From: Actinomycetales bacterium
GTDB taxonomy: Bacteria > Actinomycetota > Actinomycetes > Actinomycetales > CAVURS01
Reading direction: 5' to 3'
Length of the DNA: 55,381 nucleotides
Assembly: GCA_045807245.1 (NCBI GenBank)
Contig: JBJMHS010000009.1
Coordinates: 1-55,381, forward strand
Made by a program: the position numbers and the translations under genes. The notes under the pieces were generated by a model that worked only from the letters and a program-made list of their open reading frames with translations, searched no databases and was not told the DNA's origin. Positions 9,776 through 19,907 of the stretch are shown here, piece by piece (position 1 is the stretch's first letter; every line of letters starts with the position of its first letter).

Positions 9776-10449
9776 CGGGCCCGGCGCTGCAGCCGTTCGA
9801 GGTCGAGGATCAGGACGGCGCGCGCCTCGAGCCGCAGCCACCCGCGAGTCGCGAAGTCCGCGAGTGCCTTGTTCACCGTCTCGCGCGAGGCTCCGACGAG
9901 CTGGGCCAGCTCCTCCTGCGTGAGGTCGTGGGCGACGAGCAGGCCGGCGTCGGTGCGCCGGCCGAAGCGCGCGGCCAGGTCGAGCAGGGCCTTGGCCACG
10001 CGGCCGGGTACGTCGGAGAAGACCAGGTCGGCCAGGTGCTCGTTGGTCCGCCGGAGCCGCTGGGCCAGGGCCTTCAGCAGCTGCTTGGCCACCTCGGGCC
10101 GGTCGGTCAGCCAGGTCTGCATGGCACCGTGCCCGATGCCCAGCAGCGTGGTCTCGGCGACGGCCGTCGCGGTCGCCGTCCGCGGTCCGGGGTCGAACAG
10201 ACTGAGCTCACCGAACATCTCGCCCGGTCCGAGGATCGCGAGCAGGTTCTCGCGTCCGTCCGAGCTGGTCCGCCCGAGCTTGATCTTGCCCTCGGTGATG
10301 ACGTAGAGCGTCTCGCCGGGCTCGCCCTCGCTGAACAGCTCGTCACCGCGTTCGAGATGGGTGCGGCTCATCGAGCTCCGCAGGGACTCCGCCGCCTCGT
10401 CATCCAGCCCCGCGAACAACGGCGCGGAACGTACGACGTCCTGGTCCAC
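9772..10449 (-). CDS. crp: Crp/Fnr family cAMP receptor protein
   Basis: [18 protein letters not shown] cNMP-binding motif; [24 protein letters not shown]; syntenic with nth. Confidence 0.93.
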   Translation of the reverse strand: MDQDVVRSAPLFAGLDDEAAESLRSSMSRTHLERGDELFSEGEPGETLYVITEGKIKLGRTSSDGRENLLAILGPGEMFGELSLFDPGPRTATATAVAETTLLGIGHGAMQTWLTDRPEVAKQLLKALAQRLRRTNEHLADLVFSDVPGRVAKALLDLAARFGRRTDAGLLVAHDLTQEELAQLVGASRETVNKALADFATRGWLRLEARAVLILDLERLQRRAR

Positions 10450-10493
10450 GTGCGCAGTCTGCCGCATCCACCACCCGCCCGTACGCTGTGCGG

Positions 10494-11321
10494 GTGGCCC
10501 GAGCATCAGCGTCGACGACCGCGAAACCTGTCGACGCGGCGAAGCTGCAACGCCAGCGGGAGCGGCGCTGGGCCGCGGTGGCCGCCGAGTCGCCTGTGTC
10601 CCGAACCCGGCGCGCCCGCCGGATGTACCGCGCGCTGCACGACCTCTACCCCTATGCCCACTGCGAGCTCGACTTCCGCAGCCCGTGGGAGCTGCTCGTC
10701 GCCACGGTCCTGTCCGCGCAGACGACGGACGTCATGGTCAACCAGGTCACACCGGTGCTCTTCGGGAAGTACCCCGGGCCGGCGGAGCTCGCCGCGGCCG
10801 ACCGGGCCGAGATCGAGGCACTGATCCAGCCGACCGGGTTCTTCCGGGCCAAGACGGCCTCGATCCAGGGCCTCGCGGCTGCGCTGCTGGACCGGTACGA
10901 CGGTGAGGTGCCCGGCCGGATGGCCGACCTGGTCACGCTGCCGGGTGTGGGCCGCAAGACGGCGAACGTGGTGCTGGGCAACGCTTTCGGCGTTCCGGGC
11001 ATCACGGTGGACACGCACTTCGGCCGGCTCTCCCGACGGCTGGGGTGGACCACCGAGGAAGACCCGGTCAAGGTCGAGCTGACGGTGGGCTCGCTGTTCC
11101 CCAAGCGCGACTGGACCATGTTGTCGCACGTCCTCATCTTCCACGGACGACGGACGTGCCACGCCCGGCGGCCGGCCTGCGGCGCCTGCCCGGTCGCGTC
11201 CCTGTGTCCGTCGTACGGCGAAGGTGAGACCGACCCGGTGCTCGCTCGCAAGCTGCTCAAGTACGAGCGCGCCGACGAGCCGGCGCCGGACCTCGCAGCG
11301 GCTGGCGAAGGCCAGGGGTGA
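10494..11321 (+). CDS. nth: Endonuclease III
   Basis: [25 protein letters not shown]hH, VDTH, C-x6-C-x2-C-x5-C Fe-S motif; GTG 10494 is 6 nt after TACGCT. Confidence 0.95.
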   Translation: MARASASTTAKPVDAAKLQRQRERRWAAVAAESPVSRTRRARRMYRALHDLYPYAHCELDFRSPWELLVATVLSAQTTDVMVNQVTPVLFGKYPGPAELAAADRAEIEALIQPTGFFRAKTASIQGLAAALLDRYDGEVPGRMADLVTLPGVGRKTANVVLGNAFGVPGITVDTHFGRLSRRLGWTTEEDPVKVELTVGSLFPKRDWTMLSHVLIFHGRRTCHARRPACGACPVASLCPSYGEGETDPVLARKLLKYERADEPAPDLAAAGEGQG

Positions 11322-12001
11322 GCGCGCCCCTGCCCGGCTGGTTGCACGCGCTCACGGACCGGCTCGACACCTTCCCCCCGCTGTTCCCCCAGGAGGCACC
11401 GCAGGCTCCGCCCGGGTCGAGACGATCCGCCGTACTCATCCTGTTCGGTCCGGTCGACGGCCGGTACGACGACGAGCTGGCCCGCGTCGACCTGCTGCTC
11501 ACCGAGCGCTCGCCCGACCTGCGCTCCCACCCGGGACAGGTCTCGTTCCCCGGTGGGTCGATTGACCCCGGCGACGCGGGCCCGGTCGAGGCGGCGCTGC
11601 GCGAGGCCCAGGAGGAGACCGGGCTCGACCCGTCGGGCGTCGAGGTCCTCGGCCTGCTCCCTGAGGCCTACCTGGCTCCCTCGGGTTTCGTCGTGACGCC
11701 GGTCCTGGCCTGGTGGGCGCACCCGAGCGTGGTGGGTCCGGCCGACCCGCGCGAGGTCGCACGCGTCGCCCGGGTGCCCGTCGCAGACCTGGTCGACCGC
11801 TCCAACCGGTTCCGGGTGCGGCACCCCAGCGGCTACGTCGGGCCGGGCTTCCTGGTCGACGGACTGTTCGTCTGGGGTGCGACCGCGCAGATGCTGAATC
11901 GCGTCCTCACGACGGCCGGACTTGAAAGACCCTGGGACACAGGCAGATTCGAGCCTTTGCCAGCGGTGCAGGTCGCGCTGCGGGAGCGTCGTTCGCAGTG
12001 A
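11318..12001 (+). CDS. CoA pyrophosphatase (NUDIX)
   Basis: [10 protein letters not shown]...[12 protein letters not shown]udix box; VWGATA; coupled to nth. Confidence 0.88.
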   Translation: MSAPLPGWLHALTDRLDTFPPLFPQEAPQAPPGSRRSAVLILFGPVDGRYDDELARVDLLLTERSPDLRSHPGQVSFPGGSIDPGDAGPVEAALREAQEETGLDPSGVEVLGLLPEAYLAPSGFVVTPVLAWWAHPSVVGPADPREVARVARVPVADLVDRSNRFRVRHPSGYVGPGFLVDGLFVWGATAQMLNRVLTTAGLERPWDTGRFEPLPAVQVALRERRSQ

Positions 12002-13185
12002 TCGACATCATCCTGCTGCTGCTCATGGCGGCGTACAGCGTGTCGGGCTACCGACAGGGGTTCCTGATCAGCGCGAGCTCGCTGGTCGGGTTCCTCGGCT
12101 GCGGTGCCTTGGCGATGTGGGTGCTGCCGGACGTCCTGGGCCGCTGGTTGCAGGGACCGTCGGACCTGCGCAGCAGCCTGATCCTGGTCGGCGGCGTGCT
12201 GACCTGCGCGGCCCTGGGCCAGGGCGTGTTCGGTGCGCTCGGCGCTCGAGTCAAGAACCGCGTCCGGTTCGCGCCGGCACACATGGTCGACGCGGCGCTG
12301 GGCGCCGTGGCCAGCCTGGTCGCGATCTGCCTGCTCACCTGGTTCGTCGCCGGCGCTGTGCGTGGAGTGGCCGGTCCGGTGTCCCGCCAGATCGGGCGCT
12401 CGCACATCGTGGCGGCGCTGGACGACCTCATCCCGGCCCGCGCTGCCGAGCTTTTCACCGGGTTCCGCAGCCTGCTCGACCGCGGCGGCTTCCCCAAGGT
12501 CTTCGAGAGCCTCGGCCCCGAACGCATCCTGCCGATCGACCCGCCGGACGGTGCGGTCGCGCAGAGCAAGGCGGTCCGGGACGCGGCCCGGTCGATCGTG
12601 AAGGTCACCGGCGTCGCCCGCTCCTGCAGCCGGTCCCAGGAGGGCAGCGGCTGGGTGGTGGCTCCGGACAAGGTCGTGACGAACGCTCACGTCGTCGCCG
12701 GCGAGCGCTCACAGGTGGTGCGGATCGGCGGCACCGGTACGGCGTACGAAGCCCACGTCGTGCTGTTCGACCCGAAGCGGGACATCGCCGTCCTGGACGT
12801 CCCGGGGCTGCCCGCCCCGCCGCTCAAGTTAGGTCCAGATGCCGTGCGCGGTACGTCGGCCGTGGTGGCCGGCTTCCCCGAGAACGGTCCGTACACGGTC
12901 GGGGCCGCGCGCGTGCGGCAGGTCATCGACGCCACCGGCAACGACATCTACGACCGGCCGGGCATCGAACGCCAGGTCTACTCGCTGTACGCGAGGGTCC
13001 GTCCCGGCAACAGCGGCGGGCCGTTGCTGGGCACGGGCGGCAAGGTCATCGGCATCGTGTTCGCGACCTCCCTGGACGACCCGAACACCGGCTATGCGCT
13101 GACGATGCACGAGGCGGCGCCGATCCTCGAGCGGGCGGCAGGGGCGAACACGCCGGTGCGGACGGGCGGCTGCGCGACCGGTTGA
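11998..13185 (+). CDS. marP: MarP-family membrane serine protease
   Basis: Four N-terminal TMs (CvpA-like) plus trypsin domain TNAHVV / DIAVL / GNSGGP. Confidence 0.9.
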   Translation: MIDIILLLLMAAYSVSGYRQGFLISASSLVGFLGCGALAMWVLPDVLGRWLQGPSDLRSSLILVGGVLTCAALGQGVFGALGARVKNRVRFAPAHMVDAALGAVASLVAICLLTWFVAGAVRGVAGPVSRQIGRSHIVAALDDLIPARAAELFTGFRSLLDRGGFPKVFESLGPERILPIDPPDGAVAQSKAVRDAARSIVKVTGVARSCSRSQEGSGWVVAPDKVVTNAHVVAGERSQVVRIGGTGTAYEAHVVLFDPKRDIAVLDVPGLPAPPLKLGPDAVRGTSAVVAGFPENGPYTVGAARVRQVIDATGNDIYDRPGIERQVYSLYARVRPGNSGGPLLGTGGKVIGIVFATSLDDPNTGYALTMHEAAPILERAAGANTPVRTGGCATG

Positions 13186-13188
13186 GCC

Positions 13189-13773
13189 CTAAGGAGCGCT
13201 CGGTGCCCCGAAGCGCAGCCCATCGACGAGCAGGTTGACCAGGCGGCTGGCCTGCTCCTCCCAGCCCGGCTGGTCGCTGACCAGGCAGATGCCGCTCATG
13301 GCCTTCATCAGGTCACTGGCATCGACGTCGTCGCGGATGGTGCCGGCGTCCGACGCCGCCTTGAGCAGCGACGCCGCCGACTGACGGATCAACCCGTGGC
13401 AGTAGGCGAACAGCTCGGAGTCCTTGCCGATCACCGACTTGAGGGCCATGGCCATGCCGCGCTTGGTGGCGACGTGGGCGACGAAGCGCTCCATCCACAG
13501 CGCGAGGGCCTGGTCCGGAGTGTGCTCCGCGAGCAGGTCCGGCACGGCCGCGCAGAGCAGCTCGACCTGGTGCCGGTACACCGACTCCATCAGGCAGTCG
13601 CGGCTGGGGAAGTGCCGGTACAGCGTTCCGATGCCGACGCCGGCGCGGCGCGCGACGTCCTCGAGGGAGGCGTCGACACCGTGTTCGGAGAACGCCGCGA
13701 TCGCGGCGGTGATGAGCCTCTCGCGGTTGCGCGCGGCGTCGGCCCGCAGGGGTCGTACACCCTGCACGGTCAT
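13189..13773 (-). CDS. TetR/AcrR family regulator
   Basis: RADAARNRERL...VARRAGVGIGTLYRHFP; AAGGAGG RBS before ATG 13773. Confidence 0.9.
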   Translation of the reverse strand: MTVQGVRPLRADAARNRERLITAAIAAFSEHGVDASLEDVARRAGVGIGTLYRHFPSRDCLMESVYRHQVELLCAAVPDLLAEHTPDQALALWMERFVAHVATKRGMAMALKSVIGKDSELFAYCHGLIRQSAASLLKAASDAGTIRDDVDASDLMKAMSGICLVSDQPGWEEQASRLVNLLVDGLRFGAPSAP

Positions 13774-13857
13774 CCCGACCTCCTTGTCGAGCCTGCGCTT
13801 GTCGAGCCCCGGCTCTTGTCGAGTTGCTCGTCGACGGAAAGAGAACCAGGTATCCAC

Positions 13858-13907
13858 TTGCTAAACCGGAGGCATCCTCCATATAGTTCCGGAGGGCCCA
13901 TCCGCTT
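13858..13907 (+). promoter_or_regulatory. Sigma70-type promoter of the MFS gene overlapped by two palindromic TetR-type operators
   Basis: TTGCTA(13858)-N18-TATAGT(13882); GGAGG-CAT-CCTCC (13868-13880) and CGGA-GGGCCCA-TCCG (13890-13904). Confidence 0.65.
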
Positions 13908-13937
13908 CACCAACTGTACATCGCTCGGAAGGCAATC

Positions 13938-15479
13938 GTGACCATCACCAGCTCTCAACCCGGAGCCCTACGACGCGTGCTCAGGCCCGGTCATCCCGGC
14001 CTGGTGCTCGCGCTCATCCTGACCAGCCAGCTCATGGTCGTGCTGGACGCGACGATCGTGAACATCGCGCTGCCCGACATCCGGACCGCCCTCGGGTTCT
14101 CGCCGAGCGGCCTGTCCTGGGTCGTCAACGCCTACACCCTGACCTTCGGCGGCCTGCTGCTGCTCGGTGCTCGCGCCGGCGACCTGCTGGGCCGTCGCCG
14201 TACCTTCGTCACCGGTCTGGCCATCTTCACCCTCGCCTCGCTCGCCGGTGGCTTCGCGACCTCACCGGCCCTGCTGCTCGCAGCCCGCGCCGCCCAGGGC
14301 GTCGGTGGCGCCCTCGCCTCGCCGTCGGCGCTGGCGCTGCTCATGACCATGTTCCGCGACGGCCGTGACCGCACCCGGGCGCTGGGCCTCTACACCGCCG
14401 TCTCGATCGGCGGCGCCGCCGTGGGCCTGATCTCCGGCGGCCTCCTCACCCAGTTCGTCTCGTGGCGGTGGGTGCTGTTCGTCAACGTGCCGATCGGCCT
14501 GGCCGTGGCCGCCCTGTCGTTGCGGGTGCTGCCCGAGACCGAGCGTCGTACCGGCCGGTTCGACATCGGTGGCGCGCTCACGTCGACCATCGGAATGGCT
14601 TCTCTCGTCTACGGGTTCGTGCATGCAGCCACTGACGGCTGGAGCGGCCTCGAGACCATCGCCGCGTTCGTGCTGGGCGTCGTACTGCTCGCCTCGTTCG
14701 TCCTGATCGAGGTGCGCGCCTCCTCGCCGATCACGCCGTTGCGGCTGTTCGCCGACCGGAGCCGTGCGTCGTCGTACGTCGCTCGTCTCCTGCTGGTCGC
14801 GGGGATGATGGGGATGTTCTTTTTCCTCACCCAGTTCCTGCAGAACGTCCTGCACTACTCGCCGCTGAAGTCTGGTCTGGCCTTCCTGCCGCTGACCGTG
14901 ATGGTGTTCACCTCCTCGCAGCTCAGCGCGCGGGTGCTGACCGAGCGGTTCAGCCAGCGCACTTTGGTGGTCGCCGGCATCACCGTCTCGACCATCGCGC
15001 TGCTGTGGCTGTCGCGGCTGGACGCGTCCAGCGGGTACCCCTCGCTGCTCGGTCCGCTGCTGCTGTTCGGCATCGGCAACGGCACGGCGTTCGTGCCGCT
15101 GACGGCGGCGTCCCTGTCGGGGGTCGCGCCGGCTGATGCCGGTGCGGCGTCCGGCCTGGTCAACGTCATGCAGCAGGTCGGCGGGTCGCTGGGCCTCGCG
15201 GTGCTGGTCACCGTGTTCGGCACCGGCTCGCGCGCCGCGCTGCACGACGGCCTGGCGGGGGCCCCCCCGGCCGAGCTGGCCCAGCACGCGTTCGTCGTCG
15301 GCGCCGACCGGGCCATCCTGGCCGCCGCGATCTTCCTCGCGGTGACCGTGGTGGTCGCGGCGACGACGCTCAGCGGCCGCAGCCCGCGCCGTACCGACGA
15401 GGTGCCTGCGGAGGGCAGCGCTTCGGCGGCATCGGCGGCGGGCGGCGGCGTCGCGGAGCCGGAGCCGGCCCTGGCCTGA
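13938..15479 (+). CDS. MFS drug:H+ antiporter (EmrB/QacA, DHA2 type)
   Basis: LDATIVNIALP, WVVNAYTLTFGGLLLLGARAGDLLGRRR, WRWVLFVNVPIG; about 14 TMs. Confidence 0.92.
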   Translation: MTITSSQPGALRRVLRPGHPGLVLALILTSQLMVVLDATIVNIALPDIRTALGFSPSGLSWVVNAYTLTFGGLLLLGARAGDLLGRRRTFVTGLAIFTLASLAGGFATSPALLLAARAAQGVGGALASPSALALLMTMFRDGRDRTRALGLYTAVSIGGAAVGLISGGLLTQFVSWRWVLFVNVPIGLAVAALSLRVLPETERRTGRFDIGGALTSTIGMASLVYGFVHAATDGWSGLETIAAFVLGVVLLASFVLIEVRASSPITPLRLFADRSRASSYVARLLLVAGMMGMFFFLTQFLQNVLHYSPLKSGLAFLPLTVMVFTSSQLSARVLTERFSQRTLVVAGITVSTIALLWLSRLDASSGYPSLLGPLLLFGIGNGTAFVPLTAASLSGVAPADAGAASGLVNVMQQVGGSLGLAVLVTVFGTGSRAALHDGLAGAPPAELAQHAFVVGADRAILAAAIFLAVTVVVAATTLSGRSPRRTDEVPAEGSASAASAAGGGVAEPEPALA

Positions 15480-15503
15480 GCGAGCCCCCGCCTCCGCCTC
15501 CCT

Positions 15504-15607
15504 GGTGCTCCCTCGCCCGCGCGGTGCTCCCCAGCGCCCGGTGACCGAGGCCCGTTCCGGGCCTCGTCACCGGGCCACAGGGAGCACCGCGCGCGGCGGG
15601 GAGCACC
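15504..15607. repeat. About 104-bp nested imperfect palindrome between convergent genes (possible bidirectional terminator or REP-like element)
   Basis: GGTGCTCCC..CGCGCGGTGCTCCC..GCCCGGTGAC.GAGGCCCG-TTC-CGGGCCTC.GTCACCGGGC..GGGAGCACCGCGCG..GGGAGCACC. Confidence 0.8.
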
Positions 15608-15613
15608 GGCGCG

Positions 15614-16525
15614 TCAGGGGAGGGTGCGCAGCCAGGCCAGCAGCTTGGCGCTGACCTCGGCCGGGCGTTCCTCGGGCAGGAAGTGCCCGGCCCCAGGCAG
15701 GACCTCCCACGAGTACGCCGCCGAGACACGCTTTGCGCTCGCGGCCGCGGACTCGGCCAGCACCACCGGGTCGCGCGCGCCGTGCAGCTGCAACACCGGT
15801 ACGCCGACCGGCCCCTCGACCGCGGCCCGGAACCGTCGCCCGTCCCGCCGGGGCTGGGAGCGCACCAGCCACCGGTAGTACTCGGCGGCGGAGTGCGCCA
15901 CGAACGGGATCCGCAGCGCCGCCGAGTACCGCTCCAGCTCCTCCGGCCCCGGCCAGTCGCCGGCCGTCCACGACCGCAGCAACCGCGCGAGGTACGCCGG
16001 CCGGGTCAGGTGGCTCTCCGGCCAGAACGGCACCTGCTGCGGGCCGAGCCAGCGCAGGGCGCGCCGCTGGGCCCGGGACCGTCCGTACGCGGACCGCATC
16101 GTCGCGGGATGGCCCATCGACACCGCGGCGACTGCTCGCGTGACGCGCGGCTCGAGCCCTGGCATCGACCAGGCCACCCAGCCACCCCAGTCGTGCCCGA
16201 CGACGACGGCCTCGGGCTCACCCAGCGAGCGGATGACATTGGCGACGTCCGCGGCCGAGGTGAGGGTGTCGTACCCGCGCGGCGTCTTGTCGGACGCGCC
16301 GTACCCCCGCAGGTCCATCGCGGCGACCCGGTACCCGCCCGCGGCGAGGTCGACCAGCTGGTGCCGCCAGGCCCACCAGAACTGCGGGAAGCCGTGCAGG
16401 AGCAGGACCAGCGGCCCTGAGCCGAGCTCCGCGACATGGAACCGGCTCCCACCGGCCGCCACGAAACGGTGCTCCCACGGTCCAGGGACCAGGGCGTACG
16501 ACGCGTCGACGGCAGAGCTCGGCAC
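15614..16525 (-). CDS. Alpha/beta hydrolase (epoxide hydrolase-like)
   Basis: LLHGFPQFWW, DLRGYGASD, GHDWGG, GHFLPEE. Confidence 0.9.
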   Translation of the reverse strand: MPSSAVDASYALVPGPWEHRFVAAGGSRFHVAELGSGPLVLLLHGFPQFWWAWRHQLVDLAAGGYRVAAMDLRGYGASDKTPRGYDTLTSAADVANVIRSLGEPEAVVVGHDWGGWVAWSMPGLEPRVTRAVAAVSMGHPATMRSAYGRSRAQRRALRWLGPQQVPFWPESHLTRPAYLARLLRSWTAGDWPGPEELERYSAALRIPFVAHSAAEYYRWLVRSQPRRDGRRFRAAVEGPVGVPVLQLHGARDPVVLAESAAASAKRVSAAYSWEVLPGAGHFLPEERPAEVSAKLLAWLRTLP

Positions 16526-16554
16526 GTGCGGGTGGGCTTGTCCTCGGCAGGCGG

Positions 16555-17004
16555 CTACGCGCCGGGCGCGCGGCGCTGCTTGAGGGCCGCCACGGTCTCC
16601 CTGGACGTGCGGATGGTCCGCTCCGGAGGCGAGATCTTCGACAGCCGCGACCGGCCGACCAGCACCAGCACCGCGCCGACGAGCAGCAACGCCACGGCGA
16701 CGACGAGGAACGCCAGCCAGGGCGACAGCCCGGCAGCGACCAGTCCGTACGCCGCCGCGATCAGCAGCAGGATCAGGGCCAGGAGGGCGAAGACCCCGGC
16801 GACGACGAACATCAGCGCACCGAGGACACCGGCCTGGACGTCCCGCTTGAGCTCGGCCTTGGCCAGGGCGATCTCCGACCGCACGATCGTCGACAGATCC
16901 TTGCTCGCGTCGGCGACGAGCTGCCCCAGGGTGCGCTCCCCGCCGGGCGTCTCGGTTGCGCCGACCGGGCGCCCCTCGCCCAGGGCCTTGCCTGCGCTGG
17001 CCAT
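16555..17004 (-). CDS. Phage-holin-family membrane protein (Rv3669-like)
   Basis: ERTLGQLVADASKDLSTIVRSEIALAKAE, two TMs, PERTIRT; conserved position. Confidence 0.85.
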   Translation of the reverse strand: MASAGKALGEGRPVGATETPGGERTLGQLVADASKDLSTIVRSEIALAKAELKRDVQAGVLGALMFVVAGVFALLALILLLIAAAYGLVAAGLSPWLAFLVVAVALLLVGAVLVLVGRSRLSKISPPERTIRTSRETVAALKQRRAPGA

Positions 17005-17074
17005 GGTCACCTCGCCTTCATCGACGGTCCTGGACGCGTCCCCGACTCCCGACGGACGTGGACCTCTGCCGAGC

Positions 17075-18583
17075 CTAGTGAACCTCCTCACCGGGCCGCC
17101 CTCCGAAGAGCGCTGCGAGCAACGCCTCCTGGTCGCTCTGGGCGATCACGGCGATGTCGTCCCCGGCGTGCAGCACGGTGTCGCCGCGCACCTGGAGCAG
17201 GCCGCCGTCACGGACGACCAGGCTGACCCACACGTCCTCACCGACCGGCAGGTGGCGCACGCTGCAGCCGTCGGCGCGCGAGCCGGCCCCGACGACGTAG
17301 TGCCGCAGGTCGGCCGGCTCCACCGACAGCCGCACGCCCGCGGCCCACGGCTGAGGCTCGACGACCCGCATCGGGACGCCGACCGCCCGGGCCACCGTCG
17401 GCACCAGGCCGCCCTGGACCAGCACCGAGAACGTCACGACGACGATGACGATGTCGTAGAGCCGGGTGCCGCCTGCCGGGTTGCCCTGGCTCAGCTGGTC
17501 CTGCAGCACGAACGTCGCGAGCAGGATCGGCACGGCCCCCCTGAGCCCGGCCCACAGCACGAAGAGTCGCTCGCTGCGGTGCAGCCGCAGGGGCATCACG
17601 ACCAGACCGACCACGACCGGCCGTACGACCACCGTGAGGACGAGGGCCAGACCGAGGCCGATCGCCCACGCGTTGCCGTCGTCGAGGCTGGTCAGGTGCA
17701 CGGTCAGCCCGAGCACCGTGAACGCGATGATCTCGCCGAGGCTGGCCAGAGCGGAGTGGAACCGCTCGATGTCGATCTTGTACGGCGCGCGCTCGTCGCC
17801 CAGGACGATGCCGGCCACGAAGACGGCCAGATAACCGGACCCGTGCACGACCGTCGTACCGCCGAACAAGGCACCCGCCGCGGCCAGGACGAGAAGTGGG
17901 TACAGCGCCTCGGCCGGCAGGGAGATCCGGCGGACCGCCGACAGGATCAGCCGGCCGCCCACCAGCCCGGCGATCGCGCCGAGGCCCAGCTCGAGGACGA
18001 ACTCGCGGCCGCCGTCGGCGACCGAGCCCAGGTCGACCCCGGACGACTCGCTCGAGCTGGCGGCCAGGATCGCCGCCATGAGCGCGATGCCGACCGGGTC
18101 GTTGGCGCCGGACTCGCCCTCGAGCAGGACGCCGCTGCGGCCTTGGATCTGGCGGGCGCCGAGCACGGAGAAGACGACGGCCGGGTCCGTCGGAGCCAGC
18201 GCCGTCCCGACGAGCAGGGCGTCGCGCCATGACAGGCCGAAGACGATGTGGCCGACGACCGCCAGCGCGCCTGCGGTCGCCAGTGTGCCGACGACCCCGA
18301 TCCACGTGATCGCGGCCGCGTTCCGGCGGAACCGCCCCCAACCGATGTGCATGCCGCCGTCGAACAGGATCACGATCAGCGCGACGGTGACAATCTGTTG
18401 CACTGTGACAATCGACAACCGGCCGAGCGATGGGAACAGGTCCGACCCGACGCCGGCGGCGACCAGGAAGATGAGTGGCGCCGGCAGGCGCAGCCACTGG
18501 CTGACCCGGTTGCCGAGGACGGCTGCACCGAGGACCAGCGCGGCCACGCCGACGACGCCGCCGAAGTCGATCGCTTCAGACAT
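17075..18583 (-). CDS. CPA1 cation (K+)/H+ antiporter with C-terminal TrkA-C/RCK domain (CvrA/NhaP2-like)
   Basis: ILFDGG, APTDPAVVFS, LEGESGANDP, WAGLRGAVPI; C-terminal VRDG...GDTVLHAGD. Confidence 0.87.
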   Translation of the reverse strand: MSEAIDFGGVVGVAALVLGAAVLGNRVSQWLRLPAPLIFLVAAGVGSDLFPSLGRLSIVTVQQIVTVALIVILFDGGMHIGWGRFRRNAAAITWIGVVGTLATAGALAVVGHIVFGLSWRDALLVGTALAPTDPAVVFSVLGARQIQGRSGVLLEGESGANDPVGIALMAAILAASSSESSGVDLGSVADGGREFVLELGLGAIAGLVGGRLILSAVRRISLPAEALYPLLVLAAAGALFGGTTVVHGSGYLAVFVAGIVLGDERAPYKIDIERFHSALASLGEIIAFTVLGLTVHLTSLDDGNAWAIGLGLALVLTVVVRPVVVGLVVMPLRLHRSERLFVLWAGLRGAVPILLATFVLQDQLSQGNPAGGTRLYDIVIVVVTFSVLVQGGLVPTVARAVGVPMRVVEPQPWAAGVRLSVEPADLRHYVVGAGSRADGCSVRHLPVGEDVWVSLVVRDGGLLQVRGDTVLHAGDDIAVIAQSDQEALLAALFGGRPGEEVH

Positions 18584-18705
18584 CGCTCCCGCCTCCCGGC
18601 CAGGCCGTCCAGCCGGGCGACCGCGTCGACCACGAACAGGAACGTACGGCCACCCAGCCTAGGGTTGCAGGTGGCAGAACCCGCGGAAGAACGGATGGAC
18701 GCGCC

Positions 18706-19878
18706 ATGCCGCACCTTCACTGGCTGGCCGAGGCCGACGTCAGGCTCGAGGATCTGGTCAGCATCGTCGCGGAGTCGACCGATCTGGCCGACTACCCGCT
18801 GGCCGACCGGGTCGAGCAGAACGTGCTCGTCTACGACGGCGCCCGGTTGCGGCATGCGAGCGCCACGCCGCAGGGCCGCGCCGATGTGCAGGCGGAGCTG
18901 GCCCGGGCCCTGATGGACGGGCCGGGTCTCGCCGTGTTCGCAGGAGCGTTCCCAGACCCAGCCGTGGTCGACCGGGCGACCGACGCGTTCAACGCCATGA
19001 TCGCGGACCAGCGCGCGTCGGGCACGGCGTCAGGCGACCACTTCGCCAAGCCCGGCGCCAATGACCGGGTGTGGAACGCGTTGGAGAAGCTCGCGATCCG
19101 CGAGCCCGAGGCCTTCGTGGACTACTACGCGAACGATGTCATCGCGCTGGTGTCGACCGCCTGGCTCGGCCCGTGCTACCAGGTCACCTCGCAGATCAAC
19201 GTCGTCAACCCCGGCGGCCAGGCGCAGCAGGTGCACCGCGACTACCACCTCGGCTTCATGACGAACGACCGCGCGGCTCGCTTCCCGGCGCACGTGCATC
19301 AGCTCTCGCCGGTGCTGACCCTGCAGGGGGCGGTGGCCCACACCGACATGCCGGTCGAGAGCGGGCCGACCCAGTACCTGCCCCACTCGCAGAAGTACCC
19401 GCTCGGATACCTGGCCTGGCGGCGTCCGGAGGTCCGCGAGTACTTCGAGGCCAACTTCGTCCAGCTGCCGCTGCGCAAGGGCGACGCGGCATTCTTCAAC
19501 CCGGCGCTGCTGCATGCCGCAGGCACCAACCGCTCGTCCGATATCCGGCGGATGGCCAACCTGCTCCAGGTGTCGTCGGCCTTCGGCCGGGCCATGGAGT
19601 CGGTCGACCGGGAGAAGGTCGCCAACGCGGTGTTCCCGGCGCTGGCCGCACGCCGAGTCGCCGGTGTCGAGGGCCGGGCGATCGAGAACGCGATCGCGGC
19701 GAGCGCCGAGGGCTACTCGTTCCCGACCAACCTCGATCGTGACCAGCCGGTCGACGGCCTGGCGCCGGAGACCCAGGCCGAGCTGCTGGCCCGGGCGGTG
19801 CACGAGACGTGGGACCGGGACACGCTGGCCAAGGAGCTGGCGGCGTACGCCGAGCGCCGCCGTACAAGCGAGATCTAG
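18706..19878 (+). CDS. Phytanoyl-CoA dioxygenase (PhyH) family protein
   Basis: HRD...HAAG facial triad, DMPVESGPTQYLPHS, RMANLLQ. Confidence 0.85.
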   Translation: MPHLHWLAEADVRLEDLVSIVAESTDLADYPLADRVEQNVLVYDGARLRHASATPQGRADVQAELARALMDGPGLAVFAGAFPDPAVVDRATDAFNAMIADQRASGTASGDHFAKPGANDRVWNALEKLAIREPEAFVDYYANDVIALVSTAWLGPCYQVTSQINVVNPGGQAQQVHRDYHLGFMTNDRAARFPAHVHQLSPVLTLQGAVAHTDMPVESGPTQYLPHSQKYPLGYLAWRRPEVREYFEANFVQLPLRKGDAAFFNPALLHAAGTNRSSDIRRMANLLQVSSAFGRAMESVDREKVANAVFPALAARRVAGVEGRAIENAIAASAEGYSFPTNLDRDQPVDGLAPETQAELLARAVHETWDRDTLAKELAAYAERRRTSEI

Positions 19879-19907
19879 CCGCCATCGAGGACGAGGTCCT
19901 CATCGAT

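Noticed and set aside
12829..12831. In-frame TTA codon in marP as bldA-type control
   Set aside because: A single rare codon, and no evidence that this organism uses bldA regulation
16555..17004. Holin-like gene as evidence of a prophage
   Set aside because: It is a conserved chromosomal actinobacterial gene at this locus; no phage genes are nearby
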